In this document: piece after piece, positions 24,210 to 37,469 of the stretch
Position numbering within the stretch: the first letter of the stretch is position 1
Layout of the letters: the number at the start of each line of letters is the position of its first letter
Source: Cetorhinus maximus
Taxonomy: Eukaryota
Direction: 5' to 3'
DNA: 64,000 nt
Assembly: GCF_964194155.1 (NCBI RefSeq)
Contig: NC_135901.1
Location: 8,184,001 to 8,248,000, forward strand
The notes under the pieces: generated by a model
Seen by the model: the letters and a program-made list of their open reading frames with translations, nothing else
What the model was told of the DNA's origin: nothing
The model's database searches: none
Made by a program: the position numbers and the translations under genes

Positions 24210-24839
24210 GGTGTGGGGGTCCTTGTCTCTCTCCAGGTTGGACGATTAGTTGAAGCCTTGTCCACACACAACACGTGAACAGTTTCTCCCCACTGTGAAT
24301 GGTGAGATATTTTTGCAGACTGTGTAACTGCTTAAAGTTTTTTCCAAAGTCAGTTCACTGGAACACTCTCACTCAGGTGTGTGTGTGTGTTGAGGCTTTT
24401 CCAGTCACACCGATGTTTGAAATCCTTTCCCAAAGACAGAATAGACAAATATTTCTCCTTCCACATTCAAAAGATGATGATATTCAGGTCCTGATGAATT
24501 CAGTGCCTCTGACAGATCTTGATGTGATGTTTGCTTTGCGTTTTCTGTCTGCCAGTCACCTCCGTTTCATACCCTGTAAAATGAGTTTACAAAAGTCATC
24601 ACTTTAAATCCAGGACTGAAATTCAGAACAGACAACTGTAGTTTCTATGGAACATTTCTTCCTCTCTTGTTCCCCCAAAGCTGTAAATCCCCGTCCCACA
24701 CACTCTCCCTCCTCCCTGGGCTGAAATCCAAACCCATCTCACCATCTCCACCATTTCTTTCCTCCACTCCCAGTTTTCTCCCTCCCTCTCCTCTGCCTGG
24801 GTTCAGTTCTCCAGCTCCTGTGTCTCTGATTCAGGGTCT

Positions 24840-25300
24840 CAGGCGGGATCCCAGCTGCCGTCAGGCGGGACACAGGAGGGGGGACCCTCCCAGGTGGGTC
24901 TTACCCGGACCCTGTGTCCGTCCCCCCAGTTTCTGAGCCCCCGGGCGGCCCGCGGTCTCCCCGCAGTTTTTGAATCTCCCGCTCCGGAGCCTCTTCCCCT
25001 GAACCCGGCTCTGTCACCGGGAAGAAGCCCCGGGGCTGCAAACACGGGTGATGGAGGCTGTGATCCGGGATTGCGGCCTACACCGGGTGTTTCTGGATCC
25101 TCCCCACCCAGGCTCCTAGCTCCGCTCCTCTCTCCGCCTCAGCGACTCTCGCCCGCACTCCCAGGGCTCTGAGCAAACTGACACTGCGCATGCTCCAGGT
25201 ATCATCATCAGCATTGCGCCTGCGCGTTGGGCTCCTGTACAGTGACTAGGGCACTTTCACACACGCAGGAGATTGTGGGTATCGGCGGTGCCATTGAAAC
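24840..25300 (-). promoter_or_regulatory. CpG-island promoter P3 and leader of ZNF unit 3
   Basis: ACTGCGCATGCTCC and TGCGCCTGCGC (NRF1-like); TACCCACAAT on the minus strand (ZNF143-like); donor GTAAGA at 24904. Confidence 0.7.
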
Positions 25301-26034
25301 ACAAAATAGAGAACGAAAACAATTTTCTGCTACCCAATTGTGAACAAATAAAAGGAAAAATCACACGTAAATCCTAGTAAATGGGTGCTCTGCCATGTTC
25401 CATTTCTCGAAGTGATTTAAACATATCTCAAGCCAGCTCAAACGTGTTAAGGGCAAGTCATGTTCTACTAACTTGCTGTGAATTCTTCAAAAATGCCCAT
25501 TCCCCTTCCTTCTGCTGTATAATGGAAGTTCCGTGCATTGGTGTTTCTTTATCGTTTGGTTCTGATCTATATTGATTGGTCTATGGTCAAAGTTTCAATC
25601 CCATAACCACAAAGTAATCACAAAAAAAATATTTTTCACTCACAATTACCCAGCACCCCAGCAGCTGGGATTCTGCATTGCGACTGGAGGAGCTCCTGCC
25701 CACAGATTCTGCCTCCGACAAATGTTGTTCTTATAGTGGCTGTCGCTGTGATTGATTTTTTGTGGGCTTTTCTGGGATGAAATTGCCCATTGCCCCCGTA
25801 TAGTTGGAACCCTGGTTCTGAAATACTGTCCGTCTGATTTTAAGGCTTCCTGGAATAATGCACTGATGGAAATCTGCAATAATCAATGGTCCCATCTGAG
25901 TTGCAGATTTTAATGTGATTGTCCAATCTAGAAAAAAAATCATTTCACCCCTTTAAACCTGATTCAGCTGATCCCCTCCACACATGCTACAAAAGATTAT
26001 TTTTGAGATCAGCTGTTCCTTTATAGTCTGTAAG

Positions 26035-26133
26035 AAAAACAAAAAATGCTACAAAAATTCAGCAGGTCTGATAGCATCTGTGGAAAGAAAGACAGAGTTA
26101 ACGTTTTGAGTCCGTATGACTCTTCTTCAGAGT
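26035..26133 (-). mobile_element. Penelope family I repeat with hammerhead motif (G12 mutated)
   Basis: Minus strand CTGAAGA-A-GAGTC-ATACG-GACTC-AAAA-CG-T-T-AACTCT. Confidence 0.65.
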
Positions 26134-26429
26134 CTGTGTTATTCTGAATTATGACATTCTCCTGAACCTGTCCTAACCCTTCTGCCAGTTCACTTATTGG
26201 AAACAGGGACTCTCCTTGTTTTAATGTTAACACTCCATGTCTCCCCAGTTATTCATTTAAGTCAGCCCATGAATTGTTTGAGCATTGTTTCATCATGTTC
26301 CCACATTTCATTAACAAATGTTGAAACGTATGCTTCACACCCACAGGGTTTCATCTGTTTAAAGCCACAAACAAAGGTCCAGTTTTCTCCTGGAGGTTGA
26401 GACAAATCAGCTTTCAAAATGATGCAGAG

Positions 26430-26840
26430 TTTCAGCCAATGAGGGACATCCGGATTCAGCCCCGCCCCTCATTCACTCCGATTGGTTGGAGGATCACACG
26501 CTCACGGTCGGACATCCAGCTCCGCCCCCTCTTCCTATTGGTCCGGAGTTTCCGTCAATCCATCGGGCACTGTGATCTGGAGCATGCGCAGTGTTTGTAA
26601 TGGCGGTGAACAGAGGATTGTTTGTCGGATCCACAGAAGGTAAGATAAAGAGCGGAGTGGAGGGAAAAATAGAGCCGGTGGGTGGACGGGGAGGGTTTGT
26701 AAGCACTCTATGCGGCTCTGAACCCAAAATAAGAAACTATCTGCGGGGCGAAGGCTGCGGGATCGCGTCTCCAGCAAAAGGCCCGGGTTAACGGCCGCCA
26801 TCTTGAGCGGGGTTAATGTACAGCAGGGCGCATGCGCGGT
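26430..26840 (+). promoter_or_regulatory. CpG-island promoter P4 (probably for ZNF unit 4)
   Basis: Three CCAAT/ATTGG boxes, two GC boxes, GCATGCGCA (NRF1-like), CCGCCATCTT (YY1-like), donor GTAAGA at 26640. Confidence 0.72.
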
Positions 26841-27164
26841 AATTCCTGTCCCTGTCAGCAGGAGGGGAGTATGTTGTGCATTTCTATCCTGGACTGACGG
26901 GGATGGATTTTGGAAACTCCTTTTACAGGGGATTGGAAGGGGAGGATTTACGCACAGCAAACTCAAAGCAAATATCACATTAAGATCTGACTCGAGTCAC
27001 TCGATTCATCAGGACCTGGATATTATCAGTATTTGAGTTTAAGCATTGAGTTCCAGGTCATTAACACTCAATGTGTGAAATTTCTTCCTCACATTCCCCC
27101 TGTAGATCTTACCTTAAATCTGTGTCTGTGATACTTTTATGATTAGCTAATAACTTATGTTTTT

Positions 27165-28850
27165 TTCATTCATTCACAGGGATGTGGGCTTTGCTGGATG
27201 GGCCAGCATTTATTGCCCATCCCTAGTTGCCTTTGAGAAGGTGGTGGTGAGCTGCCTTCTTGAACCGCTGCAGTCCATGTGCTATCGGTACACCCACAGT
27301 GCTGTTAGGAAGGGAGTTCCAGGATTTTGACCCAGTGACAGTGAAGGAACGGCGATATTTTTCCAAGTCAGGATGGTGAGTGACTTGGAAAGGAAATTCC
27401 AGGTGGTGGTGTTCCCATCTACCTGCTGCCCTTGTCCTTCCAGATGGTACCGGCCATGTTTGGAAGGTGCTGTCTAAGGAACCCTGGTGAATTCCTGCAG
27501 TGCATCTTGTAGATGGGGTACACACTGCTGCTACTGTGCATCGGTGGTGGAGGGAGTGAATGTTTATGAATATGGTGCCAGTCAAGTGGACTACTTTGTC
27601 CTGGACCGTGTCAGGCTTCTTGAGTGTTGTGGGAGCTGCACTCATCCAGGCAAGTGGGGAACATTCCATCACACTCCTGACTTGTGTCTTGTATATGGTG
27701 GACAGACTATGGGGAGTCAGGAGGTGACTTACTCACTACAGGATTCCTAGCCTCTGACCTGCTGTTGTAGCCATTATTTTTATATGGCTAGTCCAGTTCC
27801 GTTTCTGGTCAAGAGCAATCCTCAGGATGTTGATAGCAGGGGATTCAGTGATGGTAATGCCATTGAATGTCAGGGGGCGATGGTCAGATTCTCTCTTGCT
27901 GGAGGTGGTCATTGCCTGATACTTGTGTGGCTCGAATGTTACTTGCCACTTTTCAGCCCAAGCCTGGATATTGTCCAGGTCTTGCTGCATTTGGACGTGG
28001 GCTGCATCAATATGTGAGGAGTCACAAATGGTGCTGAACATTGTGCAATCTTCAGTGAACATCCCCACTTCTGACCTTATGATGGAAGGAAGATCATTGA
28101 TGAAGCAGCTGAAGATGGTTGGGCCTAGGACACTACCCTGAAGAATTCCTGCAGTGATGTCCTGGAGCTGAGATGATTGATCTCCAACAACCACAACCAC
28201 ATTCCTTTGTGCTAGGTATGACTCTAACCAGTGGAGAGTTTTCCCCCAATTCCCATTGACTCCAGTTTTGCTAGGGCTCCTTGATGCCACATTTGGTCAA
28301 ATGCTGCCATGATACAGTCACTCTCATCTCACCTCCAGAGTTCAGCTCTTTTGTCCATGTTTCCACCAAAGCTGTAATGGGGTCAGGAGCCGAGTGGCCC
28401 TGATGGAACCCAAACTTGGCGTCAGTGAGCAGGTTATTGTTAAGCAAGTACCGCTTGATAACACTGTTGATGACCCCTTCCATCACTTTACTGATAATCG
28501 AGAATAGACTGATGGGGTGGTAATTGGCCAGGTTGGATTTGTCCTGCTTTTTGTGTACAGGACATACCTGGGCAATTTTTCACATTGCTGGGTCGATGCC
28601 AGTGTTGTAGCTGTACTGGAACAGCCTGGCTAAGGGCGAGGCAAGTTCTGGAGCACAAGTCTTCAGTACAATTGCTGGAATATTGTCAGGGCCCCATAGC
28701 TTTTGCACTATCCAGTGCCTTCAGCTGTGGAGTGAATCAAATTTGCTGAACACTGGCATCTGTGATGCTGGGGACCTCCGGAGGGGGCCGAGATGGATCA
28801 TCCACTCGGCACTTCTGGCTGAAGATTGTGGCAAATGCTTCAACCTTATC
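27165..28850 (-). mobile_element. CR1-group LINE (non-HER1 family), RT plus 3' tail
   Basis: KFGFHQGHSAPD, QGSVLGPTIFSCFINDLP, WAEKWQVTF; its tail is shared with the local SINEs. Confidence 0.88.
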
Positions 28851-28859
28851 TTTTATAGC

Positions 28860-30200
28860 TTTTTATAAACTTTTGCATCTCTATCAGATTTCCCCTCAAC
28901 CTCCTTTGCTGCAAGGAGAACAACCCCAGTTTCTCCAACCTAACATTGTTACTAAAATCCCTCATCCCTGGAACCATTCTGGTAAATCTCCTCTGCACCC
29001 TCTCAAGGACCCTCACATCCTTCATTATGTGTGGTGATCACTGGTTTGCACAGACCCAGATGTTCAGTGTTCGTGTCTGTGATGTCATCACGCACCGACA
29101 ATTGATCAGTGACATCACCCCCACTCCCCGGGTATTTCCTCAACTGGGAGATTTTTCTCTGACTCCAGTGTTTCTGATATCTTTCCAGCTGCAAGCTCCA
29201 GCAGGAGATTTTAATATTGAAAACTGAAATTGGTTCAGAGGTGAGTATTTTTGACCATTCCTCTACAATTTAGAGCTTTTAGTGCTATTCCCTGTTATCT
29301 GTGAGAGGTTCCATGGCTCTGAGGCTGGTGTGGCTCCTTTACTGTGGATCTGAATCCATGTCCACCCATTGCTCTGTTTCACCTCTGCCCTCCCTGATCA
29401 CCTCCCTGCCATTGTCTAACTTCCTCTGTCTCTAATAATGGGTGTGTTTTAGTTATGTTCAACATTTTACTGTTACTTCTACCAACTGCGTCTAAATGAG
29501 GTTTCCACCACTGCCCATCACCTGATCATGTGCTGCTGGCTTTCCAGCTTTATCTTCCCATAGTATGTTTCATGGTCAGGAATTGTTTTTCCTGCACTGT
29601 CGTCCATTTCTCTTCTGTTTCTGAGTTTATATTGACCATCAAATTCTGCAGCATTTTTACTTCCCATAGTTCATTCTGCACACCCTGAAACACTAACTCT
29701 TTTTCTCTCCCCACAGTTACTGCCTGACCTGCTGAGAATTTCCATCATTTTCTCTTTTTGTTTCAGATTTCCAGTAGCTGCAGTATTTTGCTATTATTTT
29801 ATTGCAGGCGTTGTTCACAGAACTGAATCTGGAAACACAGACGGACCAGTTAAGAGCCGGTTTTTGCAGGGTAGACATTGATGGCTGAAGTTGGTCCCTG
29901 GCCTCCAGTGTTGGTCCTTTTTCATTGAGTCATAGAATCATTGAATGGTTACAATACAGCCAGAGGCCATTTAGCCTATCATGCCCATGCTGGCTCTCTG
30001 TAAGAGCAAGAGTTAGTCCCACTCCCTGACCTTTCACTAACAAGACTAGCAGCAGATATTACCCATCCCCACTTACCTGTGGAGAAGATGATGTTTGACC
30101 TTCTTGAACCACTGCAGTCTGTGTGGTGAAGGTGCTCCCACAATGTTACAGGCTATTCACCCAGTGATGATGAAGGAACAGTGATATATGCTGAAATCAA
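28860..30200 (+). repeat. Segmental-duplication block, copy B, with putative non-coding exon and donor GTGAGT at 29241
   Basis: Homologous to 2540-3563 (reverse complement) and 41060-42400. Confidence 0.85.
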
Positions 30201-31070
30201 CAACAACAATGTGTATTTATATAGTGCCTTTCATGTAATAGAACATTCCAATGTGTGTTCACAGGAGTGTTATACAGCAACATTTGACACGAAACCCACA
30301 TAAGGAGCTGTTAGGGCATTTGACCAATAGTTTGGTCAAACAGATAGTTTTTAAGGAGTCTCTTAAAGGAGGAAAGTGAGGTAGAGAGACAGAGAGGTTT
30401 AGGGAGGAAATTCCACAGCTTTTGGCTTTGGCAGTTCGACCACCAAAGGTGGAGCAATTAAAATCGGGAATGTTCAGGATGTCAGAATCAGTGGAGCGCA
30501 AATATCTCAGAGGGTTGTGAGGCTGGAGGAGATTACACAGATAGGGAGGGGCCATGGAGGTAATTGAAAATAAGGATGAGGAATTTAAAGTTTAGGTGCT
30601 TCTTAACCCAGAGCCTTTGTAGGTCAGTGAGCACAGGGCTGATGGGTGAACAAGGCTTGGTGCGAGTAAGCACACGGACAGCAGCGTTTTGGGTGATCTC
30701 AAGATTACAGGGAGGTTGAATGTAGGAGGCCGGTCAGGATTGTTAAGTCTAGAGGTGACAAAAGAATGGATGAGAGTTTCAGGAAAGGATGAGCAGTGAG
30801 TCGGGCAGTGTCGGGCGATGTTACTGAGTTGGGAATGGGCGGCCTTGGTGATGATGCATATATGTGGTTTGAAGCTAATTTTTGGGTGAACTATGACCCA
30901 GTGGTTGTGAACAGACTGGTTTGGCCCCAGACAGTTACCAGGGAGAGGGATGGAGTCGGTGGCCAGGAAGTGGAGTTTGTAGTGGGAACTGAAGACAATG
31001 GCTTTGGTCTTCCCAATACTTAAGTGGAGGAAATTTCTGTTTGTCCAGTACTGGATGTCAGACAAATCAG
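30200..31070 (-). mobile_element. L2 LINE fragment (part of the duplicated ZNF unit)
   Basis: LSDIQYWTNRNFLHLSIGKTKAIVF..., ETLIHSFVTSRL. Confidence 0.82.
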
Positions 31071-31589
31071 GATGGTGTGTGAGTTGAAAGGGAACTTGGA
31101 GGTGATGGTGTTCACACACACCTCCCAGCCTGGCCCTTCTAGGTGGTGGAGGTTCAGAGTTTTGATTTTCTGTCAAAATTCTGGTTGAGTTGTAATCCCT
31201 CTTTTTCAACCCTTCCCTCTCCCACCCCGACCCTTCTCTCTCTTCCTGTCTTCTCCCATCTAGGCCGGTGCCTTGTGTAGGCCCAGACTGGGTGGCAGGT
31301 TCCCTTCCCTGAAGGACATAAATGAACCAGTTGGGTTTTTATGACAATCCAGCAGTTTTCATGGTCACTTTTTCCTGGTGCCGGCCCCACTAATTACCAG
31401 ATTCATTCAGCTCAATTTCACAACCTGTTTTTGTGGGTTCTCTCTCACTCCCTTTTCTCTGTTTTAAATCAATTTCACAGGGTATTAGAAGGGGAGGATT
31501 TGCAGTTGGGAAACTGAAACCAAACATCACATCAGGATCTGACAGAGTTGCCCAGCTTATCGTCACCCAAATATCATCGGAAGTTGAAC

Positions 31590-32669
31590 ATGGAAGGAAA
31601 AAGCACCGTTCACAGTGGGGAGAAACCGTACACGTGTTCTGTGTGTGGACGAGGCTTCAACCGATCATCTAATCTGTTGAAACATAAATGCAGTCAGAAC
31701 AGGGAGAAACCGTGGAAATGTGGGGACTGTGGGAAGGGATTTAATTACCCATCAGAGCTGGAAAATCATCAACGAATTCACACTGGGGAGAGGCCGTTCA
31801 CCTGCCCTGAGTGTAGGAAAGGATTTACTTGTTCGTCCAGTCTGCTGAAACATTGGCGAGTTCACACTGGGGAGAGGCCGTTCACCTGCTCCGAGTGTGG
31901 GAAGGGATTTGCTCGCTCATCCACCCTGCTGACACACCAGCGAGTTCACACTGACGAGAGACCTTTCAAATGCCCAGACTGCGGGAAGTGCTTTAAAAGT
32001 CCCCGGGAACTGACTGCCCATCAACGTGTTCACACTGACGAGAGGCCATTCAGGTGCTCTCACTGTGGGACTGGGTTCAAGACATTATTTAACCTCACTG
32101 TACACCAGCGAATTCACAATGGGGAGAGCCCATTCACCTGCTCCAAGTGTGGGAAGGGATTTGCTAACAGATCCACCCTGCTGAATCACCAGAGTATTCA
32201 CACTGACGAGAGACCTTTCAAATGTCCAGACTGTGGGAAGTGCTTTAAAAGTTCCGGGGACCTGATGATCCATCAACGTGTTCACACCGATGAGAGACCG
32301 TTCAGGTGCTCTCACTGCGGGACTGGGTTCAGACAATCATCTCAACTCATTGTACACCAGCGAATTCACAATGGGGAGAGACTATTCACCTGCTCAGAGT
32401 GTGGGATGGGATTCACTCGCTTATCCATCCTGTTGACACACCAGCGCACTCACACTGGGGAGAGGCCATTCACCTGCTCAGAGTGTGGGAGGGGATTCAC
32501 AACCACATCCTCCCTGCTGAGACACCGGCGAGTTCACACTGGGGAGAGGCCATTCAGCTGCCCCGAGTGTGGGAGGGGATTCACAACCACATCCTCCCTG
32601 CTGAGACACCGGCGAGTTCACACTGGGAGAGGCCATTCACCTGCCCCGAGTGTGGGAGGGGATTCATAA
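31590..32669 (+). CDS. C2H2 zinc-finger protein, 12 fingers plus a frameshifted 13th (unit 4, subfamily A)
   Basis: ATG at 31590 ([14 protein letters not shown]); missing G at about 32625 puts the last finger (to 32710) out of frame; acceptor at 31479-31480; AATAAA near 32777 and 32824. Confidence 0.85.
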   Translation: MEGKSTVHSGEKPYTCSVCGRGFNRSSNLLKHKCSQNREKPWKCGDCGKGFNYPSELENHQRIHTGERPFTCPECRKGFTCSSSLLKHWRVHTGERPFTCSECGKGFARSSTLLTHQRVHTDERPFKCPDCGKCFKSPRELTAHQRVHTDERPFRCSHCGTGFKTLFNLTVHQRIHNGESPFTCSKCGKGFANRSTLLNHQSIHTDERPFKCPDCGKCFKSSGDLMIHQRVHTDERPFRCSHCGTGFRQSSQLIVHQRIHNGERLFTCSECGMGFTRLSILLTHQRTHTGERPFTCSECGRGFTTTSSLLRHRRVHTGERPFSCPECGRGFTTTSSLLRHRRVHTGRGHSPAPSVGGDS

Positions 32670-32879
32670 CCTCATCCAAACTGCTGAAACATCAGCGAGT
32701 TCACAAGTGATTGGGTTTTTCTGTTAATCGCATCCAGGACTGAACTGTGTCCATTTGGTCTGTTTCTGCTGATGTTAATAAACTCGAGTCCAATTGTAGG
32801 GGTTAATATTCTGGATAAAGTCAAATAAATCAGCTTTGTGTTAAACTTGCATCGTGTTGAGTCTTTCTAATATCTCTAA

Positions 32880-33600
32880 CACAAATTAGTTCCTTTTGAA
32901 GTGCTCTCCCTCTCTTCTGTCTCCTTCATCCACACCTCCAACAACAAGTGTGAGGAGCTCATAGATCGTCTTTGTCACTACGATTGAGACAATCCGATCA
33001 GCTGCTTTCCTCTTTCCACTGGCCCACTGGGCCAAACTCTTTCTAAAGCTCCCCCCTGCCCCTTGCCCTGAACCTGTTTTTCTCCCTCTTGCTCTCTCAG
33101 AGCTCATCTTGTCAATGAGACCTGCCTTCTGCTGCCTTGACCCTATTCTCACGAAACTGCTGACCATCCATTTTCTCCAAGTTAGCTGATATTGTTAACG
33201 GTTCTTTCTCTTATCTGTCCCTCTTGCCTTAAAATCCACCACCATCACCCTCCTGAGAAGAAACAAACCTTTATCCCACCATCTTTACAAACTACCACCC
33301 CATCTCCAAACTCCCTTTTCTCTACAAAGTCCTTGAACTTGGTGTCTCCCAAGAATCTATCCTTGGCCCCTCCTATTTCTCATCTACCCGCTGCCACTAG
33401 GCAACATCATCCAAAAGCACCATGTTAGTTTTCACATGTACACTGACAACGCCCAGCTCTACCTCACCACCATCCCTCTTCATTCCTCCACTGTTACTAA
33501 ATTATTAAACTGCTTATCCGACACCAAGTACTGAATGAGCAGGAATTTTCTCCAATCAAAATTTGGGAAAACCAAAGCCATTGTCTTCAGTCACCACTTC
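32880..33600 (+). mobile_element. L2 LINE ORF2 fragments (resuming at about 34575-34740)
   Basis: Degenerate L2 RT, including FHMYTDNAQLY (YADD-derived). Confidence 0.7.
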
Positions 33601-33604
33601 GAAT

Positions 33605-34560
33605 TGTCAAGGAACTATCAGATTTTTTCTGATATTATTGTGGGATATTGTAAAGCAAGCTTATGTTTCAGTGTGTGTGGCTAATTTAATTAACTAAAGA
33701 CAATTAGACTGCAAGTTTTAAATTATCAAAGGAGTGAGGTGTAAAAGAAGCATTTGAAATGGGGATGAGTGAGCTGGAATGAGGTCTCAGTGGATAAGGT
33801 GTGAAGGTAATTTACATGTTTAGATAAAGAAGGAGTTGTTTGATTTTCAAAGGGATGGTGTAATGTCTACAACTGACAAGATAAGTCAGGCAAAGTGATT
33901 GCATTTGTTTTTCCCAAAAGCGCTGGCCATAATAACAACATGAAAGATTTTTGTATTCTGGGAAAAGTAACTTCGAAAGACAAAGAAAACAATGGGATTT
34001 ACAAATCAAAAGGTATAAAATATATTTAAAGAAGGATTGAAGGTTGTGTGGGGTATGGCCATGTGAGATCTTGAAAGGTGCAACGTGTGAAACAGACTTG
34101 TGGGGGTGGGGTGGGGGGGGGTGGTGGGGGGGTGGGGGAAGCCTCTAGCTACCCTCCAGACGTTTGCTGTTCCAGTAACCAAGGTTGTGTTAAAGGCCTT
34201 TGGAATTTCACTGTCGAGTGGGTGCTTGTGGTAATAGTACTGAATGTCTTTATAAATTGGGAATCTATTTGGGCTGTTGCCTTAAAGGAAGTGTGTAGTT
34301 GGTAGTCTGGTTAAGTATGAATTTTGCGAAATGCTATAAGATTAAGTAACTGTGTAACTGTGATTTTGTGTGTGTGTGTGTTTAAGTTTTTTCTTCTTTT
34401 GTTAATAAATACTTTAAATTAATCTTTAAAATCTCTGAAGGTGGCCGTGGACTCATTACTTCTGACTTCAGTGCACAAGCCTCCTTGTAATAAATGCAAA
34501 TAGAAAAATCATTGTGATAGTTTGGCCAAGTCTCCCTTGTGGATTTGATCAGCCTGGAAA
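33605..34560 (+). mobile_element. Probable solo LTR related to the LTR at 1203-2151
   Basis: Starts TGTCAAG, interrupts the L2 fragment, has AATAAA near 34404 and a 3' part resembling 2020-2125. Confidence 0.6.
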
Positions 34561-34749
34561 ATTCTGTTCCATAACGGCCGTGTGCATCCCTCTCCCTGGG
34601 AACTGTCTGAGGCTCAGCCACACTGTTCACAATCCTGGTGTCAGATTTAACCCCAAGATAAGTTTCTGACCACATATCCGCACCATCACTAACACCAGAT
34701 ATTTTAATCTCCATAATGTCGCCTGTCTCCACCCCACCCCAGCTCACAT

Positions 34750-35135
34750 GGGACACTTGCCTTTATTAATCGAGACACAGAATATAAGAGCAGGGAGGTT
34801 ATGTTGGAGTGTATACAATGTGAGTTAGGCCACAGCTGGAGTCCTGTGTGCAATTCTAGTCACCAAACTATAGGAAGGATGTGATTGCACTGGAGAGGGT
34901 GCAGGGGGGATTCACCAGGATGTCGCCTGGGCTGGAGCGTTTCAGCTATGAAGAGAAACTGGATAGGCGAGGGTTGTTTTCCTTCGAGCAGAGAAGGCTG
35001 AGGGGGGACCTGATAGAGGTGTACAAAATAATGAGGGGCATAGATCGGGTAGATAGGAAGAAACATTTCCCCTTAGAGGTGGTGTCAATAACCATGGGGC
35101 ATAAATTGAAAATAAAGGGCAGGGGATTTGAGGAA
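34750..35135 (+). mobile_element. CR1 LINE fragment
   Basis: IALERVQGGFTRMSPGLERFSYEEKLD..GLFSFEQRRLRGDLIEVYK. Confidence 0.88.
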
Positions 35136-35964
35136 CCAGCAAGATCCCACAACTAATCTGATAATGAGCAGATAATCTGTATTTGTGATGTTGATTTGAG
35201 TGTGGAAGGGGATGTGTAAAGAGCTGGTCATTGTATAGAGATGTGAACCAAGGAAATGGTACCTGTGTGTAATAGTGACACAGCCTTGTGTTCACACTCA
35301 GAACAATACACAGATATCCTTGTGGTTATGGTTTGAACAGGGCCAGATGACGAATGTGGTGAACAAGTTAAATATAAATATCTCCAGTGTAGCTGCAGCT
35401 TCTTAGATCAGAGCTGGGGGGAAGAGAGCTCCGAATCCACTGCATTATCTTCCCATGGAGAGGTTGTGCAGTCAGTAGTTTAGTGGGAATAGTGTCAATG
35501 GAGCAGGAGGTGTGTCTCATGGACAAGATGAGCTCTGAGAGGGCATGAGGGGAGGTGGGAGAGAAACTAGAAGAAGATGTGAGTTCAGATCTCGGTATAA
35601 GGGGAACGTTAGGGGAGGTTTGGCCCAGTAGGTTAGGGGAAGGGAGGGAAACAACAGAGGCAGCTGGTTGGATTGTCTCAATTTTAGTGACAAAGAAGAC
35701 CATGAGCTGCTCCTCCATGAGCACTTGTTGGGGGTGAGGATGGAGGAGACAGAGGAGAGGGAGAGCAATTCAAAAGGAGCTAACGTGTTAGAGATATTAA
35801 AATGACTCAACATATTGTGTATTTAAAACAAAGCTGATTTATTTAACTTTTATCCAGAATATTAATCCCTATAACTGGGCTGGAGTTCATTTACATCCGC
35901 AGAAATAAACTAGGAACGTAGTTCAGTTCTAAGTGTGATTAACAGCAAAATTCAAGCACTATAA

Positions 35965-36240
35965 GTTTTTTTACTTATTCGTTCATGGGATGTGGGTGTC
36001 GCTGGTGTCACTGGCCAGGCCAGCATTTATTGCCTATCCCTAATTGCCCTTGAGAAGGTGCTGGTGAGCCGCCTTCTTGAATCACTGCAGTCCGTGTGGG
36101 ATAGGTACACCCACAGTGCTGTTAGGAAAGGGGTTCCTGGATTTTCTTCTAGTGACAGTGAAGGAACGGCGATATAGTTCCAAGTCAGGATGGCGTGGGG
36201 CTTGGTGGGAAACATGAAGATGGTGGCGTTCTCATGCATC
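35965..36240 (-). mobile_element. CR1-group LINE 3' tail inserted at the stop codon of ZNF unit 5
   Basis: Same tail as 27165-27430 and 51190-51440; splits the paralog-conserved 3' UTR. Confidence 0.75.
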
Positions 36241-36939
36241 TTTGTGAACTCGCTGGTGTCTCAGCAGGGTGGATGAGTGAGCAAATCCCTTCTGACATAC
36301 GGTGCATGTGAATGGCCTCTCCCCAGTGTGAACTCGCTGGTGCTCCAGCTGGTTGGATAATGTAGTGAATCCCTTTCCACACAAGGAGCAGGTGAACGGC
36401 CTCTCACCAGTATGAATGCGCTGGTGTGTCAGCAGGTTGGCTAACTGAGTGAATCCCTTCCCACACTCGGAGCAGGTGAATGGCCTCTCTCCAGTGTGAA
36501 CTCGCTGGTGTACAGTGAGGTCAGATAATTGCCTGAACCCAGTATGGCACCGAGAGCACCTGAATGGCCTCTCATCAGTGTGAATACGTTGATGGCGCAT
36601 CAGTTCACCAGAACTTTTATAGCACTTCCCACAGTCTGGGCATTTAAAAGGTTTCTCGTCAGAGTGAACTCGCTGGTGAGCCAACAGGTTACATGACAGA
36701 GTGAATCCCTTCCCACACTCGGAGCAGGTGAACGGCTTCTCCCCGGTGTGACTGCGGCGATGAGATTCCAGCTGAACTGGAAAATTGAATCCTTTCCCAC
36801 AGTCCTCACATTTACAGGGTTTCTCCTCAGTGTGACTGCGCTTGTGTCTCGACAGGTCAGATGATCGGTTGAAGCCTTGTCCACACACAGAACACGTGTA
36901 CGGTTTCTCCCAACTGTGAACGGTGTTTTTTCCTTCCAT
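36232..36939 (-). CDS. C2H2 zinc-finger protein, 8 fingers (unit 5, subfamily A)
   Basis: ATG at 36939 ([14 protein letters not shown]); 8 fingers; acceptor at 37049-37050. Confidence 0.88.
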   Translation of the reverse strand: MEGKNTVHSWEKPYTCSVCGQGFNRSSDLSRHKRSHTEEKPCKCEDCGKGFNFPVQLESHRRSHTGEKPFTCSECGKGFTLSCNLLAHQRVHSDEKPFKCPDCGKCYKSSGELMRHQRIHTDERPFRCSRCHTGFRQLSDLTVHQRVHTGERPFTCSECGKGFTQLANLLTHQRIHTGERPFTCSLCGKGFTTLSNQLEHQRVHTGERPFTCTVCQKGFAHSSTLLRHQRVHKDA

Positions 36940-37469
36940 GTTCAAAATCCGACAATATTCAGGTTACGATAAATTCTGCAACTTTGTTAGATCCTGAAGT
37001 GATGTTGGGTTTGAATTTCCTGACTGTAAATTCTTCCCCTCTAATACCCTGTGAAATTGATTTAAAACAGAGAAAAGGGAGTGAGTGAGAGAACCCACAA
37101 AGACACAAAGGCAGATTGTGAAATTGAGCTGAATGAATCTGGTAATTTGTGGGGCCGGCACTAGGGAAAAGTGACCATGAAAGCTGATGGATTGTCATAA
37201 AAACCCAACTGGTTCACTAATGTCCTTCAGGGAAAGGGATCCACCATCTCATCTGGATCTGGACTCTGGCTTCTAAGAGAGAACAGGCAGACATTGAGAT
37301 GTGGGAGCATTAGGGGGCAAAGGAGAGGGATTTTATATATCCACAACTCAACCTAAACTTTGACAGAAACTTCCAAACCCTCAACTTCTACCATCTGGAA
37401 GAACCAGAGAAGCAGGTGTATGTGAAAACCATCACTTCCAAGTTCCCCTCCAAGTTGAAACTGTCGTGA

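Noticed and set aside
24667-25172. Pro/Gly-rich ORFs over CpG islands (also 50753-51199 and 56477-57007)
   Set aside because: Expected from GC-rich, stop-poor sequence.
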